In this document: positions 50,757 through 59,618 of the stretch, piece after piece
Position numbering within the stretch: position 1 is the stretch's first letter
Layout of the letters: each line of letters opens with the position of its first letter
Assembly (NCBI GenBank): GCA_907165135.1
Contig: OU015568.1
Span: 2,666,001 to 2,730,000 of the forward strand
Reading direction: 5' to 3'
DNA: 64,000 bases
Source of the DNA: Oikopleura dioica
Taxonomy: Eukaryota > Animalia > Chordata
Translations under genes and position numbers: made by a program
Notes under the pieces: generated by a model
What the model saw: the letters and a program-made list of their open reading frames with translations, nothing else
Database searches by the model: none
Told to the model about the DNA's origin: nothing

Positions 50757-51558
50757 TCACTTTTTGCTCTTTGGAAAATGGCGGAGACGATAGAATTTGA
50801 GGAACAAATCTTGGTTGAACGAAATCATCAAGAAAGGGGTAGTGTTCACTTCAAGCAGAGCCACTAGCCTTCGACAAGAGCCATGGAAATGAATCGGTCG
50901 CCTTCGAGGATTTTGATTTCGGAAATGTTCGACTGTCACGGATCTAACTGCACATTGTTCAACATTGTTGATACAATACTTGATCATTATCCGGCGGTTT
51001 GTTGAACCATCTTAGTTCGTCCGGTTTAAAAAAAGTTTGACCGTTTCCTGAATCGCATTTTTGTTCTTCTTTCTCCTGAAAGAATTGTTAAATAAGTGAG
51101 CTAAAAATCAGAGAAGTGCTTTGACCACAGCTTTAAAGGGCAAGAGGGTAGGGGCTCAAACCACATAAAACCTTCCGGTTCCGAGATTGTTGCTTTGTTG
51201 AAGTTCATTCCTTTTTTATTGCATAATTGCTTTGTTTCAGACCATTAAGATTTTAAGGAGAAAAAGTGGTCGAAAAATACGGAAAAGATAAAAACGTGGG
51301 GCGAATTATTTCGTCATAATTGGAAGGCTCAGCCGCAAAAATTCCCGTTTTCGGGTCACGTGGCATATTTTCGGTCGCCGCCACGGACCAGCTAGCTAAA
51401 GTTGTGGTTACTTAGCTGTGAGTCTACGCGGAAACAAGCGAACGCCGGGAAAGGAAAGGGGAATTACCTGAAGTTGAGCTCGTCGCGGAGTTTAAGGAGG
51501 ACCATCGTCGTGACGCTCCAAATCGAGTTTTTCGGTTGTGTTGGAGGCGCTTGCCATT
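50757..51558 (-). CDS. Possible spliced gene of unknown function
   Basis: First exon MASASNTTEKLDLERHDDGLLKLRDELNF with a GT donor; downstream exons not resolved. Confidence 0.25.
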
Positions 51559-51730
51559 TGAATCGCGATTCTAAATCGCACCGTCAATTTTAACCTTTCG
51601 GGCATTTTTTCGACGCTAGTTTTTTAAACTGCTTTTACGACAAAGCAATTTCCAATGCTTTTAAATTGATCTTAATCGGTCTCCTTTTCCTTTCAAAATT
51701 TTATCAATTTTTTGACTTTTTTTTTCTTAA

Positions 51731-52529
51731 CCCGTTAAGGGGGTGGTGGTCGAGAAAATTTTTTCGGACTTTTTAAAATTTTGATATTATTTTTAGATTC
51801 CTTGATAAAAAAGGAGCATTTTTGGTCTCTAGCTTTTTTTGATTGGACCAACTTTATTTAAGAAAATTTTCGATTTTATACTTTGAAATCGCCATTTTGG
51901 GGAGTTTTGAAACGCGTTTTTCTCACTAAAACCGATTCAAAATTGTTTTTTTCATTGCGAATTTATGTTTCTTGATCATATCTCATTTATAAAAATCTAA
52001 AAAATTACGATTATTGTTATGTTTACAAAAATTTCATTGAAAAATGAGTAAAATGACGATTTTTTCAGAAAACAACATATTTTCATTCAATTACTATTTT
52101 CTTTTCTAACTGGCTGAACTTTGTAAAACTAAGCCGCCCACACGCATAAGGGTTTAAACTTTCCTCTCGGTAAGTTTTATTTCGAAAAAAATATTAAGGG
52201 GATCGAGTTTTTTAGGTCAAGAGATGGGTCTACTTTGAAGGAATTTTTCACCATTTTTTCGAAAAATTATTTTTTTCAAACATAGCCGCCCGCATAAATT
52301 GGACCCTTTTTAACTTATTTTCAATCAGAGAAAAAAATATTTTTTTGAAAAAATTGGAGTTTTTTAGGTTGAAAAAAGTCTTAGTCTCGACCACCACCCC
52401 CTTAACAGGGTGGTCGATTTCACCTACGCTTTTGCATGTCTGCGATTGAGTGAAATCATGAATCCGGGCATCCGATTGGCTACTCATTTCCACGCGTGGA
52501 GATTAAATCTCCACGGGCCTGTTAACGGG
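51731..52529. mobile_element. piggyBac-type MITE (~132 bp; TIR CCCGTTAACAGG, TTAA TSD) interrupted by a Kolobok-like MITE
   Basis: TTAA|CCCG-TTAA at the left and CCTGTTAACGGG|TTAA at the right; removing the 51739-52401 insertion plus one TTAA restores the left TIR. Confidence 0.75.
51739..52401. mobile_element. Kolobok-like MITE, 663 bp, TTAA TSD
   Basis: Perfect TIR GGGGGTGGTGGTCGAGA / TCTCGACCACCACCCCC, flanked by TTAA on both sides. Confidence 0.85.
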
Positions 52530-52533
52530 TTAA

Positions 52534-52928
52534 GGGGGTAGAACTAGGATTTTCGAAAATAGGCAATTCTAGACCGGCGCTCAAAGCCAGGCAAGCTAAG
52601 ATATTCAAATTCTCTCTTCAGCTGAAGATAGAGCAAACCTAGATCTAACAACATTTTTCTTAAAAAAATTTTTCGTCAACAAATTTTGGCGGTAGAGAGC
52701 GATACACCAACCTATCTCATCGAAAATCGCCATTTTAGCCTATTCGCGTCCTCAAATTTCTCGAGTCACGTGGCTAGGCATTTTTTTTAAATTTCATTTT
52801 TTGATAGTTTAACGCTTTTTCTAGCAACATCTTTGAGGAAATTTCGTTAACATAAGTAAAAACAGGTTTTTCTTATTTAAAGATGCTCTCAAAAGTCACT
52901 TATTTTCGAAAAATCTAGTTCTACCCCC
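52534..52928. mobile_element. Kolobok-like MITE, 395 bp, TTAA TSD
   Basis: 28-bp TIR GGGGGTAGAACTAG(G/A)..TTTCGAAAATA with TTAA at 52530 and 52929. Confidence 0.85.
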
Positions 52929-53560
52929 TTAAATCATATTTTTTATCCGACTTTTTTGTCATCCTCTGAAAGGTTGCTTTGGTGTATCAAGGCATTTGAA
53001 TAGCTAATTAAATCTAAAATTTACGAAAAATACAAAAACTGCATATACAAGCAATTATCTCAATTAGCCCGTTTCTTGAGCAAATATTGAATCTATCAAT
53101 AAAAAACACAGCTTTTCTTTTTTATTCTCTATTTATCCAAAAGCAAGTCTACAATCCGTTGGACCCTTTTTACGAGCAAAATAACTTTGAATCTAATAAA
53201 GGCTGATAAGGCCCTAGAATTTTCAATTGAAGGCTTATCAAAAAATGCCCCCACACGTTTTAATCGACATTCATTTTATTGAAACATTCGATTTCAATTT
53301 TTCAATTGACCACTTATCATGAGTTCGATAAGATATTACCTGAGCTGGCGGTTGAAGTTGTGGAAGAGGTGCTGAGCGAGTCTGGCGGCGGAAAGTTGAC
53401 GGGAAGCGTGCTTCCGAACGGATCGTAGGAAGTCCGCCGGGCCGCTAACAAAATAGAATATATTAGAAGAAATATTAATCATTAGATTGTTTTCACGATG
53501 ATTTCTAATTTTTCCATTTAGAAACTTTCTGTTTCTGTTTTTTGAAATAAAGGGGACTGG

Positions 53561-53654
53561 CTGGGCTTGGCAACCTGTGTTGAAAACCTGAGTCAGGGTC
53601 TAGAATATCTTTCAGACCCTGACTCAGGTTTTCCACAGAGTTTTTCGAGCCAAG
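53561..53654. mobile_element. Short palindromic copy of the hAT-like AP-1 MITE
   Basis: CTGGGCTTGGCAACC...AAAACCTGAGTCAGGGTCT / AGACCCTGACTCAGGTTTT; degenerate right terminus. Confidence 0.65.
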
Positions 53655-54031
53655 AGCATTGTAAATATTAAATGCCCGTGTGTTTTAGAGTTCGATTTGT
53701 ATAATAGGTTAAGTGTTGTCTATTTAGCGCGTTAAATGGCCATTTAGATGGTGGATCTCTTAGCTGAACGTTGAAAATGTCAAGGCATGCATGTTTCCTG
53801 AGCTGGCCCCCTCTTTTGGGAATAATGGTTAGAAATTCTAATTCGGATTTGAAATGGAATCACTCCTCGGTGCACTTGAACTCTAATCCGCTTAGAGTAA
53901 CACTTTCAACCAAACAGGGAAGGGATTACTGCCAGACCGCAGCCACAAGAAGACGTGGATTCGTTAATTTCAGCGAATTCAGCGTCAACCAAATATTTTA
54001 AAAAATTTAACAAGAAGTTTTTACCTAGAGT

Positions 54032-54197
54032 TGGCAACCTGTGTCGAAAACCTGAGTCAGGTTCTGAAAAGCTTCAATAAAAAGCCGCGTTGCGGCTTTT
54101 TGAAATCGAAGCCGATTTGCGGCTTTATTAAAAGCCGCTTTGCGGCTTTAAATTGAGGCTCTTCAAAACCTGACTCAGGTTTTTATTTAGGTTGCCA
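54032..54197. mobile_element. Complete copy of the hAT-like AP-1 MITE with three internal GC palindromes
   Basis: TGGCAACCT...AGGTTGCCA ends, inverted AAAACCTGAGTCAGG/CCTGACTCAGGTTTT, and three AAGCCG(C/A)-N3-GCGGCTT units. Confidence 0.7.
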
Positions 54198-55628
54198 GAT
54201 TTATCAAATAACGGGAGCCTCCTGTATTGAGATTTGTTAACACAATAACCCCTTGCAGCAGATTTAGGGCAGTTGTTTCGTAAAATATGCGTTTTGCATA
54301 TTCGACTACGACACACGCTGTCAGAAAACGAGGGGGAGTAAAGGTTTTAAAATGCAGCCCAAAAATGTTTCGAAGAGGATTGGCGGCAGCTGAAGCCGCT
54401 TTGCAACTTTTTCTTTGCAATTCGGCAGCGTTTTTCCAGCTTTTATGATAATGAGTCATTTTTCGAAAAATAAAAGAAAAAGAGTCCTTCTTTTATTTTT
54501 CGTTATTTTTTGCTGAGGTTGAAAAATTCAGAAGCAGAAGTTCTTTTAGGTCCAAAAATCCGTTCTAAGTCCGGCAGTGAAGTGTCCCGAGATAGTGTTT
54601 CTTTCTCTTCTTTCCGGTCGTTCATACTCTAAACGGTAATTTCCACGGGCTTCCCACCCTGATGTAACTATTATTTCGCTATTTATTGCAAAAGTAAGCT
54701 GCTAGTGCTAATGCAAACACCAACTTGCTGATTATAATAAACACATGTTCTGGGGCGGCACTTTTGCATAGAGAGGCTCACACGTTTTTTCAAGTAAATG
54801 TGTTTGGAAAACATAAGTTTCACGCTCTCAATGCTCATTTGAATACAGTCAAGTATACAGTAGTCATTAAATTACATAAATTAGCGATTTTGAACTTTAA
54901 TACGGCTCTAGAATATTCCTTTCTGTCACTGAAAGAAATTTTCTTTACCTTATTATTTTACTCCTAAAGGGTCAATCATTAAATTCCCATGTCCAACAAG
55001 AATTATTGTCAAAGACAAACGGACAATGTTACGAATAAACGCCCCGAAAACTAAACATACAAGTAAACGAATATTTATGAAATAATCATCTGTCAAAAAG
55101 ACAAAAAGCTGAAAGCAATTACTGAAAAAACGGGAAAACGGGAAATGACACGATTGAAAAAGAAACATTTAAGAGTAGAAAATGATGAGTGTGATGAATA
55201 AAATTGAAGTGATATGAGTTTTTAGAACTTTGTTATCGAAAAGAGGGAGAAAAAAATCTGCGGGTAATTTTACGCTCAGTTATTGGGCACGTGTTCGCCC
55301 GAGTCGAGTGAGGAGTAAGGGCTCTTTGTAGTTTAGAAATTAATTTTTCGAGGAAAATTTCACAATGCACTCTTCATTCAGATTGCTCTTTGACTTCTAT
55401 TACATAAATGAATCATTTAAAATGATCAAAAATATTGAGATGATGAGGATATCAATCTTAAGCTCGGATTTATGATAGGAACCTTTTATTCTTTTTACTC
55501 ACACAATGAACATTTTCTTGGCAGTTTTTGAGTCGTATGCTTATATCCGTAATAATACACAACCTCCAAGAAAAATAGAGATTTATTGTTCTTAACCTAT
55601 TGAACTAGAAATAATACAGTTTTTATGG

Positions 55629-55995
55629 AATTTTTGGACATCAATTTTTTGGACATTTTTGCAATTTTAAGGGGTTTTCTTGGGACACTTTTCAAAAGTG
55701 CCTGTATCAAATTTTTGGACATTTTCTGCGCCAAAATTTTAAATTTCCCGTTTTTTGCCAGATATGGCGTTTTTTCTTATCGAAAATCTTACTTTTTTTT
55801 GAAAATGATGAGATTTAAGCTTGATCTAGTACCCCAAGAACATTTTTTGTCTTTAGAAGAAGGATGAAACAGAGGATGATGGAGATTTTCCTCAAAAAAA
55901 AAATTTTTAAACGTTTTGGGTGGGACATTTTTTCTGACAGCATGCATCAAATTTTTGGACATTTTCGCGAAAATCTTGGGACAAAAAATGTCCAA
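55629..55995. repeat. Dispersed direct repeats of TTTTTGGACATTTT (about 5 copies, one inverted)
   Basis: Two similar blocks (GGGACA..TTT..ATCAAATTTTTGGACATTTT) at ~55682 and ~55922, plus AAAATGTCCAAAA at ~55985. Confidence 0.5.
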
Positions 55996-57646
55996 AAGTT
56001 CCATAATTTACTGTATCCAGGAAAAGGCAAAAGGTCTATTTCTTTTGATTTTCCTCGAAATCTTAAATCTACAATCTCACCTAAAACATCAGGTCGAGTA
56101 AATCGTCGTCTCCTATTCTCTACCATTTTCAAACTCAAAGATAATTCACCAAAAAGCACAAGAATCAGTCGGTTACTTTTTCAAAAAAAGCGCGATCGTC
56201 GCCGGCCTCCGCTCACGCCGCGCGGTTTGGAGGGCGCCACAGCGTTTTTTCTCAATCATCAAGAGCGGTGTTATGCGTTCTTATTTTTGTAATTAATCAT
56301 TTTCAAAGCATCGTTAATTTTTTTATTAATCAAATCTGCATATTCTTTTGATCTGTCGTTTTGCCTGCTAGATTTTTTTCTTTTTTTTTTGTTTAATTCA
56401 ATCTAATTCGATTGTATTTAATTGTTTATTGACAAAATAATTTGGTTCTCCATAACCACTTAGCTGTAAACTGCTTACCCCTTGCAACGAGCACTAGAGC
56501 TCCTTATCCATCAAAAATTCTATTTGAACAAAAACACACGAAACTTGTTGACCTTTTCCTCAAAACTCTGAGTTTTTTCTTCCTTGATCGAAAAAGGAAA
56601 AAAAAGATGATGACGGCGAGGAGACAAATTAATAAATCCTTATCATTCAATTTGCGAGGCAGTTATAACTGAAGATAAGTCACGCTAACAAGAGGTTAAA
56701 ATCCCCATCGATAGCAAAAAAGAAGGCATTCAGGAAACTTAAATTTGAGAAATTTGCTATCAAAAGAGTCATATTAAAGCTGACTGAGGCTTGAAAGTTC
56801 ATTCATTCGTATTTTAAAATACTCGTCAGTAATCGGATGTATTCGGTCAGAAAAAAAGTTTTCTTTATTGTCAAATCTCACTGCGGGGCCGGAGCGAAAG
56901 AGCAACAACCTTCCTCCTTTTTGAACAATTTCGAGCCGTTGAGCGTCTTTGCTCCTTGAAGTGGCTTGATTCTTAATTAACAGTGCTTACATCTCCTAAT
57001 CCGATAATACCGTTGTTATGCTTCATAACTTATAAGTTGCAATTTCTGCGCATAAAAAGAACTTTCTACCGAAGAAAAGAAGAAAAAGAGTTTTTCTTTT
57101 TTGTCAAAAAATTATCGCCGCAGATGCATGACAAATTAACGGGGGCACAATTTTCACGGAAAATCGTAAAAATGGCTACGTTTTAAAATTGAAATTGCGT
57201 CACACGTTAGACAGTCTACCTTTCTAGCATTCTAGAGCTCGATTTTAAAAAGGGGTTCGACAGATTATTCTTTCATTTTTGAACTTATGAAAGATTTTTG
57301 ATAATAGCGGTTCGAAAGTCACATATTTCCAATAATTCCACCCCTAGATCTGATTGAAAATCATGTTTTTGGAAATCCACGTGAACTGAAAAAATGTGTC
57401 CCATGGCCGGTGGGTCAGCAGCCGCCCCAAACAACACTAAACAAGAAGCTAAACAACAATACTCTTGGGCACCACGTTGACTATTTTCAAGCGAATTAAA
57501 TATATAAACACGTTTTTTGCGTGTAACTACGGCTGAGAATTTTCTAACCGAGGATTAGTCTCTGTGGGGGCAGCAAATTATCAGAAACGTTTTTGGCCCA
57601 TTTCTTCAACGGGAAAAATAGACTTACACGGCTTCTACTCGTTTAA

Positions 57647-57979
57647 GGACCCCCCGTCAGCTTTTTTCGAAAAATCAAATTTCTGAATTTTAAAATTTTG
57701 ACCCCGGAAATGGATTCTTCAGGTCAAAAAACGATTTTGAGGCTTCATTTTTGGGGGTCTATCTCGACTCTAACACCTTCAAAATCGCATTTGAAAATTG
57801 GACTTTTCGTCGAAAATTGACAAATTTGCCTCAATTTTGGCATAAAAATTGATTTTTCTTAGTCAAATATTCCTCTTGTCATGTTTTTGAAGCAAGTTTA
57901 ACCCTCGGACGCATTAAGAACCAAAAATATGGTGTTTTAAAAATTTCCATTTTTCGAAGGAAAAAGCTGACGGGGGTCC
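57647..57979. mobile_element. Kolobok-like MITE, 333 bp, TTAA TSD
   Basis: TIR GGACCCCC(C)GTCAGCTTTTT / AAAAAGCTGACGGGGGTCC, with TTAA at 57643 and 57980. Confidence 0.85.
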
Positions 57980-58445
57980 TTAATAGCTGTTTACGCAACA
58001 AATGTTACATCTTTCATTCCCACTATCAAAATTCTAGAAACGGCTCTGACAGATTTAAGATCTAAGAAAGATCTACTTATAGACCCAACATGGTAAACTC
58101 CAGCATTTACAGGTTCCGAGTTATTCAAGCGGAAAGTTGGTATAATCGAAGGTAGTACCCTAAAATAAAACAGTCCTCTAGTTAGCGATGCTAATTGTTT
58201 TCTCTCAATAAAATTAAGAGCACTCTTAGAGTATCAGCAGGTGTACCCTCAACACAATCGTGGCTGTCGAAATATGAACGCGTAAAAGCATCACTTATCA
58301 CAAGAAGAGAGCATCGGTGGAGAGAAAGAACGCGCGCTTTGCGCCACAAAATTGCCACCTCGGTGGTTCTCGTTGGAAAGGTCTGTGGGAGAAGGTCCTC
58401 TCCTCTTAGGCATAGTAACTGGCTCGAATGGCGGACAAAGTCCTC

Positions 58446-58517
58446 GGAGAAGTAGTGCAGTGGTAGCACACCGGTTCATGAACACGGAGGTCCCTGGTTC
58501 GACCCCAGGCTTCTTCA
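58446..58517 (+). ncRNA. tRNA-like Pol III gene inside LTR1 (defective anticodon arm)
   Basis: 7-bp acceptor GGAGAAG/CTTCTTC, D stem GTGC/GCAC, T stem CCTGG/CCAGG with TTCGACC loop, A and B boxes, TTTT at 58522. Confidence 0.85.
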
Positions 58518-58816
58518 ATACTTTTCACTCGCCTTTGCCTGATCCTACAAACTGGTGAAGACAGTGGGTTGTCTAGGTAGCCAAAACAAACCCTAAGCTG
58601 AGATTGACAAAGGTTCACTCAGTAGCTCAGGAGAAGCTGAAGGTTGGGAGGGTTGGTAGGCTTGTAACGGTTGGGGACCGTGGCACCAGACAAAGAACCA
58701 AAACCCAAGGCGGCATATGTAAGACGAGTTGTTAGAGCAGTTACTAGGGGGAGTTGTGGGAGAAGGTCCTCTCCTCTTAGGCATAGTAACTGGCTCGAAT
58801 GGCGGACAAAGTCCCC

Positions 58817-58888
58817 GGAGAAGTAGTGCAGTGGTAGCACACCGGTTCATGAACACGGAGGTCCCTGGTTCGACCCCAGGCTTCTTCA
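58817..58888 (+). ncRNA. tRNA-like Pol III gene inside LTR2
   Basis: Identical to the copy at 58446-58517. Confidence 0.85.
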
Positions 58889-59175
58889 ATACTTTTCACT
58901 CGCCTTTGCCTGATCCTACAAACTGGTGAAGATAGTGGGTTGTCTAGGTAGCCAAAAACAAACCCTAAGCTGAGATTGACAAAGGTTCACTCAGTAGCTC
59001 AGGAGAAGCTGAAGGTTGGGAGGGTTGGTAGGCTTGTAACGGTTGGGGACCGTGGCACCAGACAAAGAACCAAAACCCAAGGCGGAGTTGTTAGAGCAGT
59101 TACTAGGGGGAGTTGTGGGAGAAGGTCCTCTCCTCTTAGGCATAGTAACTGGCTCGAATGGCGGACAAAGTCCCC

Positions 59176-59247
59176 GGAGAAGTAGTGCAGTGGTAGCACA
59201 CCGGTTCATGAACACGGAGGTCCCTGGTTCGACCCCAGGCTTCTTCA
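59176..59247 (+). ncRNA. tRNA-like Pol III gene inside LTR3
   Basis: Identical to the copy at 58446-58517. Confidence 0.85.
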
Positions 59248-59546
59248 ATACTTTTCACTCGCCTTTGCCTGATCCTACAAACTGGTGAAGACAGTGGGTT
59301 GTCTAGGTAGCCAAAACAAACCCTAAGCTGAGATTGACAAAGGTTCACTCAGTAGCTCAGGAGAAGCTGAAGGTTGGGAGGGTTGGTAGGCTTGTAACGG
59401 TTGGGGACCGTGGCACCAGACAAAGAACCAAAACCCAAGGCGGCATATGTAAGACGAGTTGTTAGAGCAGTTACTAGGGGGAGTTGTGGGAGAAGGTCCT
59501 CTCCTCTTAGGCATAGTAACTGGCTCGAATGGCGGACAAAGTCCCC

Positions 59547-59618
59547 GGAGAAGTAGTGCAGTGGTAGCACACCGGTTCATGAACACGGAGGTCCCTGGTT
59601 CGACCCCAGGCTTCTTCA
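59547..59618 (+). ncRNA. tRNA-like Pol III gene inside LTR4
   Basis: Identical to the copy at 58446-58517. Confidence 0.85.

Noticed and set aside
58191-58379. Minus-strand LLVISDAFTR...TPADTLRVL resembling a gypsy integrase core
   Set aside because: No upstream catalytic Asp motif, and the reconstructed frame hits a stop shortly upstream; the resemblance is too short to support.
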